A DNA stretch of 29,037 nucleotides from UHGV virus genome UHGV-0149439. One strand, 5' to 3'. The translations under genes were made by a program, and so were the position numbers. Positions 6,807 through 14,700 of the stretch are shown piece after piece. The notes below the pieces were generated by a model. That model saw only the letters and a program-made list of their open reading frames with translations, searched no databases and was not told where the DNA came from. Origin of the DNA: a virus. The stretch's first letter is position 1. Each line of letters begins with the position of its first letter.

Positions 6807-6826
6807 CGGACGATCATGAGCACTAA
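6647..6826 (+). CDS. Small 59-aa protein not in the ORF track (DUF4222-like, from recollection)
   Basis: GTG 6647 lies 10 nt after GGAGGG. Product VRELNRRFKDNRGVPVRVIRWEPETQRVIYLRDGYPHECFSPLEHFRQKFREITDDHEH is protein-like. Its stop overlaps the start of the replication gene by 11 nt. Confidence 0.5.
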   Translation: MRELNRRFKDNRGVPVRVIRWEPETQRVIYLRDGYPHECFSPLEHFRQKFREITDDHEH

Positions 6827-7673
6827 ATTAACCGGCTACGTATGGGATGGTTGCGCGGCGTCGGGCATGAAGTTGTCTAGTGTCGCGATCATGGCTCGCC
6901 TTGCTGATTTCAGCAGCGATGAGGGGGTGTGCTGGCCGTCCATTGAAACTATTGCTCGTCAGCTTGGCGCGGGGCCGAGCACTATCAGAACGGCAATCGC
7001 TAAGCTTGAAAAAGATGGCTGGCTCACGCGTACACAGCGCCGCAATGGTAACCGTAATGCGTCGAACGTTTACCGCCTGAATGTGGCGAAACTTCAGGCT
7101 GCCGCATTTTCTCAACTGTCAGATTCTGACACGTCAAAATCTGACGCATCAAAATTTGACGCCTCAAAAGCTGACCCGTCGAAATCTGGCAAAAACGGCG
7201 GTTTTGACCCGTCAGAATCTGGCGGGGATCCGTCAGTAAAATCAACACAAGATCCACAAGTAACTTCAAAACCCTCTTGTCCGGTTGCGGCGCAACCAGA
7301 CCCTGAAGTCGTGATTACTGACCAGGCGATCTTAGTTTTGTCCCATTTGAATCAGATCAGCGGATCCCGGTATCAGAAATCAAAAACATCCCTGGAGAAC
7401 ATTCGTGCCCGACTGCGTGAGGGGTACAGCGTTGCAGACCTGCAACTTGTTATCGACCTGAAGCATGAACACTGGCACGAGAACGACGAGCAGTACCAGT
7501 ACATGCGCCCGGAAACGCTGTTCGGCCCGAAGAAATTCGAGAGCTATCTGCAAAGCGCTACCCGCTGGGAGCAGAAGGGACGGCCTAAACGCGCTGACTG
7601 GGGTGCGAAAAATCGCGATGTGATGGCTTTTGGTCCGGTTGATACAAGGATTCCAGAGGGGTTCAGAGGATGA
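6816..7673 (+). CDS. Replication initiator (lambda O-like role): N-terminal winged-HTH plus conserved phage C-terminal domain
   Basis: N-terminus CWPSIETIARQLGAGPSTIRTAIAKLEKDGWL. C-terminus LNQISGSRYQKSKTSLENIRARLREGYSVADLQLVIDLKHEHW...RPETLFGPKKFESYL (Phg_2220_C-type). Iterons sit in the linker. Confidence 0.85.
   Translation: MSTKLTGYVWDGCAASGMKLSSVAIMARLADFSSDEGVCWPSIETIARQLGAGPSTIRTAIAKLEKDGWLTRTQRRNGNRNASNVYRLNVAKLQAAAFSQLSDSDTSKSDASKFDASKADPSKSGKNGGFDPSESGGDPSVKSTQDPQVTSKPSCPVAAQPDPEVVITDQAILVLSHLNQISGSRYQKSKTSLENIRARLREGYSVADLQLVIDLKHEHWHENDEQYQYMRPETLFGPKKFESYLQSATRWEQKGRPKRADWGAKNRDVMAFGPVDTRIPEGFRG
7125..7241. repeat. Iteron array, probable phage origin of replication inside the initiator gene
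   Basis: Four tandem 15-mers: TCTGACACGTCAAAA, TCTGACGCATCAAAA, TTTGACGCCTCAAAA, GCTGACCCGTCGAAA. Two more copies follow: TTTGACCCGTCAGAA (7203) and GGATCCGTCAGTAAA (7227). Confidence 0.65.
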
Positions 7674-8551
7674 CGTTAAACAAATATTGCCAGGCGCTGG
7701 TGGCACTACGTAGCCAACCAGCCCACGAATTGAAAGAAGTTGGCGATCAGTGGCGGACACCGGATCTGCTTTTCTGGGGTATCAACGCGCTATTTGGACC
7801 ATTAGTTCTGGACTTGTTTGCTGACGACGACAACGCGAAGTGCCCGGCATGGTACACCGCCGAAGATAATGCGCTGACGCAGGACTGGTCTGAACGTCTT
7901 GCAGAACTGGGTGGCGCTGGTTATGGCAACCCACCGTATAGCCGTTCGCAGTACCACGAGAAACAGGCGATCACCGGCATGACGCACATCATGAACTACG
8001 CAGCAGCCCAGCGCGAAAAGGGCGGGCGTTATGTATTCCTGATAAAAGCCGCGCCGAGTGAAACGTGGTGGCCGGAAGATGCCGATCACATTGTATTCAT
8101 TCGCGGGCGCATTGGGTTCGATCTGCCTGTGTGGTTTGTACCGGCTGACGAAAAACAGAAGCCCACCAGCGCGTTTTTTGCCGGTGCCATAGCTGTATTC
8201 GATAAGTCGTGGCGTGGTGAGCGGTTCAGCTATATCAACCGCACAGAACTTGAGGAAAAAGGGCGGGCATTTATGGCGTTGGCTCAATTCGCCGTTGGTA
8301 AAGAGCAAACAATTGCAATGCAGGCAGCCAGGGAACCAGCAGCAACACCGGAAACTGAGTCACGAATCTGGCCTCTCGAGGTTGGTCTGGTGTTTAACCA
8401 GGTGGAAGGCGTTGATGTATTGAGCGAGGCCCAGCAGAACAAACTGAAAGCCAACATCAATCAACTCTGGCTGGAACGAACGGCCACCAGCGAAATTATC
8501 ACAATTGCGCGTGGTCTTGTTGGCAGCATGCAGGGGGTAACCCATGCGTGA
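7670..8551 (+). CDS. dam: Phage N6-adenine DNA methyltransferase (orphan Dam-type)
   Basis: DQWRTP near the N-terminus and the catalytic GNPPYS motif. ATGA overlap with the upstream gene. No adjacent endonuclease. Confidence 0.9.
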   Translation: MTLNKYCQALVALRSQPAHELKEVGDQWRTPDLLFWGINALFGPLVLDLFADDDNAKCPAWYTAEDNALTQDWSERLAELGGAGYGNPPYSRSQYHEKQAITGMTHIMNYAAAQREKGGRYVFLIKAAPSETWWPEDADHIVFIRGRIGFDLPVWFVPADEKQKPTSAFFAGAIAVFDKSWRGERFSYINRTELEEKGRAFMALAQFAVGKEQTIAMQAAREPAATPETESRIWPLEVGLVFNQVEGVDVLSEAQQNKLKANINQLWLERTATSEIITIARGLVGSMQGVTHA

Positions 8552-10478
8552 GATTATCGTTGATAACTTTGCTGGTGGCGGTGGTGCATCAACGGGTATT
8601 GAACTGGCGATCGGACGCAGCGTGGATATTGCGATCAACCACGACGAAAACGCCATTGCGATGCACAAGACGAACCACCCGGACACACTGCATTATTGTG
8701 AATCCGTATTTGACGTGGATCCTGTAGCCGCCACCGGAGGTAATCCAGTCGGACTGGCGTGGTTTAGCCCGGACTGCCGACACTTCTCGAAGGCAAAAGG
8801 CGCAAAGCCTGTGAAAAAAGAGATACGCGGTCTTGCCTGGATTGTTCTGCGTTGGGCACTGGCGAAGCGACCGCGTGTGATGATGCTGGAGAACGTGGAA
8901 GAGTTCAAAACGTGGGGACCGCTGCTGGCCGATGAAATGCGTCCGGATCCTGCCCGCACTGGCGAAACATTCAATGCATTTGTCGGCATGCTGTCCACTG
9001 GCATTCCTGCTGACCACCCGGCACTGTCAGAAGTTTGTGAGTTTCTGTCTATTGAAAGAGGTAGCGAGCAGGCGCAACTGCTGGTGGATGGGCTTGGATA
9101 TGATGTTGATTATCGCGAACTACGCGCGTGTGATTACGGCGCGCCGACGATCCGCAAACGCTTCTTCATGGTTATGCGCTGCGATGGCTGCCCAATCCAG
9201 TGGCCTGCTGTTACCCATGGGGATCCTAAGTCTCTGGAGGTGCAGAGCGGCAGGCTGATGCCATGGCGTACCGCTGCGGAATGTATCGACTGGAATGTTC
9301 CGGCCCTGTCCATCTTCGACCGCAAAAAACCGCTGGCGGAGAACACTCTGAAGCGGATCGCGCGCGGCATACAGCGCTTTGTTATCGAAAGTGCGTCGCC
9401 GTTTATCGTGAAGTGTAACCACACAAGCTCAAAAAATTCGTATGACGCTTTTCGCGGGCAGTCGCTGAATGAACCATTACAGACCATTACTAAAAAACTC
9501 GGCTACGCGTTAGCCGTTCCACACCTGACAAAATTCCGCACTGGCGCAACCGGGCAGCCCGTTACCGAACCTGTCCCGACGGTAACCGCTGGCACGTCAA
9601 AACGCCCGGGTGGGAATGGGCATGCTCTCGGGATTGTTGAGGCTGCACTGACGCCATTCCTGGCGGGTAATGGTGGTAGTGAATACCAGGCTAAACCGCG
9701 CCCGCTGGATAAACCTGCTCATACCATTCTGAAGCAATCCCGCGCCTGTCTGGTTGCGCCAGTGATAGCCCGCCAGTTTGGGGCCAGCGTTGGCCATCGG
9801 GCAGACGAACCGAGCGCAACCATAACCGCTGGCGGTGGCGGTAAATCTCAACTGGTAACGCCTACGCTGATCCAGATGGGTTATGGCGAACGACCTGGAC
9901 AAGAACCGCGTGTGCTGCGGCTGGATAACCCGCTGGGGACCGTTACTGCAGGCGGAAATAAATTTGCGACGGTGAGCGCGTTCCTGGCGAAACACTACGG
10001 CGGTAACTATACGGGGCCTGGTGTCAGTATGGATGAACCCGCGCATTCAGTGACCACTGTCGACCATCATGCAGTAGTTGCCTCTCATCTGGTGAAACTG
10101 CGTGGAACATGCCGCGACGGGCAACGCCTGGATGGGCCCATGCCAACAATCACCGCTGGTGGCCAACACGTGGGTGAGGTACGCACATTTCTCGAGACGT
10201 ATTGCGGGGAAAGTGACGATGAATGGCTGGTAACTATCGATGGGGTGAAATACCAGATCGTTGATATCGGAATGCGCATGTTGCAGCCGCATGAACTCTA
10301 CAAAGCGCAGGGCTTCCCCGATGGATACGTTATTGATCAGGACTACCGTGGAAATCGCTATGCAAAAGATAAGCAGGTAGCCCGCTGCGGTAATGCGGTA
10401 CCACCACCATTCGCCAGGGCGCTGGTGGAGGCAAATCTTCCGGAACTGTGTGCAGTGCAACAACAGGAGGTGGCATGA
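8544..10478 (+). CDS. dcm: DNA cytosine-5 methyltransferase, unusually long (644 aa)
   Basis: Motif I VDNFAGGGGAS, motif IV SPDCRHFS, motif VI MLENVEEF, motif VIII YGAPTIRKRFF, QGFPDGY, and motif X GNAVPPPF. Confidence 0.9.
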   Translation: MREIIVDNFAGGGGASTGIELAIGRSVDIAINHDENAIAMHKTNHPDTLHYCESVFDVDPVAATGGNPVGLAWFSPDCRHFSKAKGAKPVKKEIRGLAWIVLRWALAKRPRVMMLENVEEFKTWGPLLADEMRPDPARTGETFNAFVGMLSTGIPADHPALSEVCEFLSIERGSEQAQLLVDGLGYDVDYRELRACDYGAPTIRKRFFMVMRCDGCPIQWPAVTHGDPKSLEVQSGRLMPWRTAAECIDWNVPALSIFDRKKPLAENTLKRIARGIQRFVIESASPFIVKCNHTSSKNSYDAFRGQSLNEPLQTITKKLGYALAVPHLTKFRTGATGQPVTEPVPTVTAGTSKRPGGNGHALGIVEAALTPFLAGNGGSEYQAKPRPLDKPAHTILKQSRACLVAPVIARQFGASVGHRADEPSATITAGGGGKSQLVTPTLIQMGYGERPGQEPRVLRLDNPLGTVTAGGNKFATVSAFLAKHYGGNYTGPGVSMDEPAHSVTTVDHHAVVASHLVKLRGTCRDGQRLDGPMPTITAGGQHVGEVRTFLETYCGESDDEWLVTIDGVKYQIVDIGMRMLQPHELYKAQGFPDGYVIDQDYRGNRYAKDKQVARCGNAVPPPFARALVEANLPELCAVQQQEVA

Positions 10479-10861
10479 AACTTGTGCTCCCGTTCCCTCC
10501 GAGCGTGAACACTTACTGGCGCGCCCCTAACAAGGGGCCGCTGGCCGGTCGTCACCTCATTAGCGCAGATGGTCGTAAATACCAGAGCGCTGCCTGCATG
10601 GCGATCATTGAGCAATTACGACGTCTCCCGAAGCCATCGACTGAACTGGCAGCGGTAGAAATCACTCTGTACCCGCCGGATGCGCGCCGCAGGGATATCG
10701 ATAATTACAACAAAGCCCTGTTTGACGCGCTGACTCATGCGGGTGTCTGGGAAGATGACAGCCAGATTAAGCGCATGCTGGTGGAATGGGGACCCGTAGT
10801 GCCGAAAGGTCGGGTAGAGATAACGATCAGCAGATATGAACCGGCGGGTGCAGCCGCCTGA
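10475..10861 (+). CDS. rusA: RusA Holliday-junction resolvase
   Basis: MKLVLPFPPSVNTYW... and the catalytic acidic cluster RRRDIDNYNKALFDAL. AGGAGG SD; ATGA overlap with the dcm stop. Confidence 0.92.
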   Translation: MKLVLPFPPSVNTYWRAPNKGPLAGRHLISADGRKYQSAACMAIIEQLRRLPKPSTELAAVEITLYPPDARRRDIDNYNKALFDALTHAGVWEDDSQIKRMLVEWGPVVPKGRVEITISRYEPAGAAA

Positions 10862-10874
10862 TATGGAGAAAAGT

Positions 10875-11561
10875 ATGAGCCAGTTAATCGTGAATGGTGT
10901 AGTAACAATGTCCAGCCGTGATATTGCGGATCTGGTTCAAAGTAAACACAGTGACGTGAAACGCTCGGCTGAGCGCCTTGTTGCTGCGGGAATTTTAACC
11001 GCGCCGTTGGCGCAGTTCGATTTTGAGCATAACGGCAATATTTACCAGGAGTATCGTTTTAACAAACGCGACTCTCTGGTGATTGTTGCCAGACTGTCAC
11101 CTGAATTTACCGCCGCGGTCGTCGATCGCTGGCAGGAACTGGAAGAAGGGCAGAGTGTCAGTGTTCCCCGCTCATTGCCGGAAGCACTTCGCATGGCTGC
11201 TGATTTAGCCGAGCAGAAAGAGCAACTGACCATCCAACTGGCAGCCGCGGCGCCAAAAGTGGAGTTTGTTGACCGTTACTGCTCTGCAAAAGGCTCCATG
11301 TCATTCCGGCAGGTAGCCAAATTGCTCAACGCAAAAGAAACTGAGTTCCGCCTGTTCCTTATTGAACGCAATATCCTGTATCGCCTCGGCGGCACACTTA
11401 CCCCCATGGCGCAGCACATTTCAGCGGGAAGATTTGAAGTTAAGACGGGAACATCGAGCACATCCAATCACGCCTTCAGCCAGACGCGCTTCACTGCCAA
11501 GGGGGTACGCTGGATTGGTGGTTTGTGGGCTGAACATATTGCAGGGGGGCAGGCGGCGTGA
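10875..11561 (+). CDS. Rha-family regulator / KilAC-domain antirepressor
   Basis: N-terminus VTMSSRDIADLVQSKHSDVKRSAERL (pRha-type). C-terminus PKVEFVDRYCSAKGSMSFRQVAKLL (KilA-C/ANT-type). GGAG lies 6 nt before ATG 10875. Confidence 0.8.
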   Translation: MSQLIVNGVVTMSSRDIADLVQSKHSDVKRSAERLVAAGILTAPLAQFDFEHNGNIYQEYRFNKRDSLVIVARLSPEFTAAVVDRWQELEEGQSVSVPRSLPEALRMAADLAEQKEQLTIQLAAAAPKVEFVDRYCSAKGSMSFRQVAKLLNAKETEFRLFLIERNILYRLGGTLTPMAQHISAGRFEVKTGTSSTSNHAFSQTRFTAKGVRWIGGLWAEHIAGGQAA

Positions 11562-12553
11562 GGGCTTTGTTAACTCCTGAAGTCGCCCATCGCATGGGGA
11601 TTGTGTTGTTTCGTCCCGGCGCGGAATTAATGCACCTCTTCATGCGCGGTCGCGTTCTTCTCGAACCTGAACCAGAAGAAATGGCGTCATTCAGTACAGG
11701 GGCTGTTCCCGCCGCCATTCAGCCGCTGGCTGATGATCCGGTAATGCGGAAGGTCTTCGAGAATGAACGGGTTATTCAGCGTGCCGGCGGGCTTCCTTCC
11801 CTTGAGCAATGGTTGAGTAATCGGTTTGAATGCCAGTGGCCACATTCAACGTGGCACGACAAGAACTTCACAACAATGCGGCACCCACCAGGAAGCATTC
11901 GTCTGTGCTGGCATTGCGATCACACTTTGTCCGGGCAGCATACCGAACAGCTTGCAGGTATAGCGGCAGGAAACCTGGTATCCTGGATTCTGGAAGTTAT
12001 TCGTCGCGATTCTGGTTTTCCCGAGTCGCATGTACTGACGTTGCCGGAAATGTGCTGGTGGCTGGTCAGGAACGACCTGGCTGATGTTATTCCGGAAAGC
12101 GTTGCGCACAAGGGGCTACGCCTTCCGGATGAGAAGATCCGCTCTGTTATGAGGGAAAGCGACATTGTGCCTTCCGTGTCAGCAGCCAGCCTCGTGCAGG
12201 AGAAGGCTAAGAAGATCCTCACGCTCTCTGTTGATCCGGAGTCGCCAGAGTCTTTCATGCTCAGGCCAAAACGTCGCCGCTGGGTAAATGAGACGTACAC
12301 CCGCTGGGTTAAAACACAACCCTGTGAGTGTTGCCGACGGCCAGCAGATGATCCGCACCATATCGTAGGGCACGGTATGGGGGGGACAGCAACAAAAGCC
12401 CATGATCTCTTCGTGATCCCTCTGTGCAGAGAGTGCCACGACGAGTTACACGCCGATGTACCGGCATTCGAGCAGAAGCATGGTACGCAGCTTGAGCTGC
12501 TACTGCGTTTTATGGATCGGGCGCTGGCGATCGGCGTAATTGCGAAAGCTTAA
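11558..12553 (+). CDS. DUF968-family protein with an HNH-like Cys/His C-terminus
   Basis: C-terminus CECCRRPADDPHHIVGHGMGGTATKAHDLFVIPLCRECHDELH. GTGA overlap with the upstream gene. Precedes Q, as ydfU does in Qin-type prophages (from recollection). Confidence 0.75.
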   Translation: MRALLTPEVAHRMGIVLFRPGAELMHLFMRGRVLLEPEPEEMASFSTGAVPAAIQPLADDPVMRKVFENERVIQRAGGLPSLEQWLSNRFECQWPHSTWHDKNFTTMRHPPGSIRLCWHCDHTLSGQHTEQLAGIAAGNLVSWILEVIRRDSGFPESHVLTLPEMCWWLVRNDLADVIPESVAHKGLRLPDEKIRSVMRESDIVPSVSAASLVQEKAKKILTLSVDPESPESFMLRPKRRRWVNETYTRWVKTQPCECCRRPADDPHHIVGHGMGGTATKAHDLFVIPLCRECHDELHADVPAFEQKHGTQLELLLRFMDRALAIGVIAKA

Positions 12554-12574
12554 GTGTATGGAGCGCAAAGAAGC

Positions 12575-13264
12575 ATGAATCAACAAGACCTGAATTTTGT
12601 AAGAATAGAATTGCGCCGCGCGCTACCTGACCTCTCTGGGGGAACAAAAGGGCAGCTTGAGGCTTTCAGTGAACACCCACCAGCAGACAAAAATGCCACC
12701 CCGCGCCGTGGTATTCATCTCGTCGAACTCGAAGGAGAGAAGGGGCCACGCTTTGTTAACTCGCTTTCCGCGCCACTGTATGTGCTGGAAACACGCAGCC
12801 GCCGCAGGCCAATGCCGCCGATAAAAGATGCGGAATTTGAGTCCGCGCCGTGGCGTAGGGCAGTGTCCGCGCTTAGTGGATACCAGCAGGCCTGGTTGCG
12901 GTACTGCTACGGTTTTGACCTTAGCTATAAGCACCAGGTGATGATGTGTGAATACGTCTGGAAAACTTATCAGAAATGCCTGGGTGAAAACTCGCTTCAG
13001 GAGCGCGTAGTAAAGAAACTGATAGGCCTGGTATGGCTGGCAGGGCAGGAAATTACCGCAACCCGAAACAATGAAACCTATAAAGACTACGCTGGCGCGG
13101 CGCTGGCCCGTATGGTTAGCGTTGACCGTTCGACTTGGTTGCGCGTCTATTCAGGGCACTGGGCAGGGTTAAAGGCTGCTTTTACCCAGCTTGATGAGTC
13201 TGCGCTGGTCATGGCTCTTGAATACTATGAGGATGAAGAAGCACTCAAAGTGGCAGAAATGTGA
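12575..13264 (+). CDS. Late-gene antiterminator Q-like protein
   Basis: Last early gene, directly upstream of a promoter and terminator and the lysis cassette. QQAWLRYCYGFDLSYKHQ resembles the long Q (QuuQ-type) family, from recollection. An alternative GTG start is at 12554. Confidence 0.6.
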   Translation: MNQQDLNFVRIELRRALPDLSGGTKGQLEAFSEHPPADKNATPRRGIHLVELEGEKGPRFVNSLSAPLYVLETRSRRRPMPPIKDAEFESAPWRRAVSALSGYQQAWLRYCYGFDLSYKHQVMMCEYVWKTYQKCLGENSLQERVVKKLIGLVWLAGQEITATRNNETYKDYAGAALARMVSVDRSTWLRVYSGHWAGLKAAFTQLDESALVMALEYYEDEEALKVAEM

Positions 13265-13294
13265 AGTAAATTTCACTATCTCCTTCAAACGCGC

Positions 13295-13323
13295 TTGCAA
13301 AATGCAACAAAATAAGCCATATT
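13295..13323 (+). promoter_or_regulatory. Candidate late promoter (PR'-like)
   Basis: TTGCAA-17 nt-CATATT lies 30 nt after the Q stop and ~35 nt before a strong terminator. Confidence 0.35.
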
Positions 13324-13356
13324 TGAAGCATATTTGATATGTTGCCAAAGTTTTAT

Positions 13357-13381
13357 AAACCCGCCTATGAGCGGGTTTTTG
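13357..13381 (+). terminator. Intrinsic terminator (tR'-like)
   Basis: AAACCCGC-CTATGA-GCGGGTTT stem followed by TTTTTG. Confidence 0.8.
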
Positions 13382-13384
13382 CGT

Positions 13385-13424
13385 TATAATTCACCTATTT
13401 AAATCAATTGTTTTAAATAGGTGA
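13385..13424. promoter_or_regulatory. Consensus TATAAT plus a 34-bp near-perfect palindrome covering the RBS of the 283-aa gene
   Basis: TATAAT at 13385-13390. Palindrome TCACCTATTTAAAtCAATTGtTTTAAATAGGTGA at 13391-13424 has one central mismatch pair, and its right arm contains the SD AGGTGA for ATG 13428. Confidence 0.5.
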
Positions 13425-13427
13425 AGT

Positions 13428-14279
13428 ATGAAAATAGATAATCCCGAAAATCCACTTGAACGAAACGATTTTACGATGGATGACTTCCATCACTACTTAA
13501 GGGAGTTTGATAAAGCTGTATGTGAAGCGAATGCTGTAAGTCAGGGGGTTGGTGTGCGAATGGCTGAGGCTTTTAAAGGGTGGTCTACATACATTTTTTC
13601 ACGAATCTGCATTCATGCTTCAATAATGATTTCCAACGTACCAAGATCAAGATGGGCTAAGCGGGATTATGACTTTTGGGATTTTTCGGCGATTGCACCT
13701 CATGTAAGAGCGATTCTGGAAGCTGAGTTATTGTTTATGTATTTATCTGAGAATCCAGATTCAACTGAGGAGTGGTCAGCAAAGTTGAATGTCATGCACA
13801 TGAATGATTGTGTAAAGAGAATTGAGTTATTTACATCTAGTGATAATACGAAAGCATTGGATTTTTATCATGAACAAAAAGATATAATAACTGAGAGACT
13901 TAATAACAACCCTGTTTTTTTATCCCTTGAACAAGGAACCAGAAAACGTTGCTTGACTGGAAAAGCGCTTATGATTCCAAATCGAGATGAGTTATTGGTT
14001 AAACTGGGAAAAGATCCAAAGTCATTTAAAATAATGTTCGATTTTTTATCTCATTATACGCATATACTACCTATGTCATATTATAAAATGGAGCCAAACG
14101 GAAGGGGAACTGGTTGTTTTAACAACTATGACTTTGGCTATATGATTATGGGGATGATTATTTGTACTGAATCCTTGACTAAGTGTACAGATAGATTAGT
14201 AGAACTTTTTCCTGATGTTAGACGGTTGCGAAAAGGAACTAAATCAAAATTCACGTTAGGGCCTAAACCAACAAAATAA
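13428..14279 (+). CDS. Hypothetical 283-aa protein: AT-rich moron between Q and the holins
   Basis: Long clean ORF with an SD, probably all-helical, no TM segment and no catalytic motif I can assign. It has its own TATAAT/palindrome and terminator. Confidence 0.8.
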   Translation: MKIDNPENPLERNDFTMDDFHHYLREFDKAVCEANAVSQGVGVRMAEAFKGWSTYIFSRICIHASIMISNVPRSRWAKRDYDFWDFSAIAPHVRAILEAELLFMYLSENPDSTEEWSAKLNVMHMNDCVKRIELFTSSDNTKALDFYHEQKDIITERLNNNPVFLSLEQGTRKRCLTGKALMIPNRDELLVKLGKDPKSFKIMFDFLSHYTHILPMSYYKMEPNGRGTGCFNNYDFGYMIMGMIICTESLTKCTDRLVELFPDVRRLRKGTKSKFTLGPKPTK

Positions 14280-14303
14280 CAATGAGTAGCTTGCTGTTAT
14301 TTT

Positions 14304-14329
14304 AAAGGCTTCCAAATGGAAGTCTTTTA
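14304..14329 (+). terminator. Intrinsic terminator after the moron
   Basis: GGCTTCC-AAAT-GGAAGTC (one G.U pair) followed by TTTTATAATTT. Confidence 0.6.
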
Positions 14330-14468
14330 TAATTTCAGGCTTTGCAAATTATACTAATCTTCACATTTTCATAATAGCTCATAAGCCTGCCCCCCTTCCA
14401 TCAACCACAGCGCTGCATAATCTGCTCGGCTCTATACTATCTGCTTAGTATCGCGAAGGAATGTATGT

Positions 14469-14585
14469 ATGAAAGAAGGGGATTACTGGATTCAGCATGT
14501 GTGTGTTGTACAGGTGGCGTTTTACACCGATGACACTGTAGATGACCTGAAATGGGGAAAACAATCAAAGGAGTCTGGCACCTAA
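14469..14585 (+). CDS. Possible 38-aa small ORF
   Basis: AAGGA 9 nt upstream. Product MKEGDYWIQHVCVVQVAFYTDDTVDDLKWGKQSKESGT. No other support. Confidence 0.25.
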   Translation: MKEGDYWIQHVCVVQVAFYTDDTVDDLKWGKQSKESGT

Positions 14586-14674
14586 CCAGAGTCGATGATA
14601 TTTGCCATAACAGAGAGGCCGAAGTGCTTGAAGGTCCTCTCGCTCCATTAATGTAAGTAACCGTTCATACTTCG

Positions 14675-14700
14675 AGGCTGCCAGATGGCGGCCTTTTTTA
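14675..14700 (+). terminator. Intrinsic terminator immediately upstream of the holin gene
   Basis: AGGCTGCC-AGAT-GGCGGCCT (one U.G pair) followed by TTTTTTATT. Confidence 0.75.

Noticed and set aside
8589-10463. Series of minus-strand ORFs (8589..9017, 8693..9004, 9120..9487, 9597..10046, 10047..10463) and plus-strand ORF 8932..9258
   Set aside because: These are shadow frames inside the motif-verified C5 methyltransferase gene. Their compositions are R/H/C-rich and they have no RBS.
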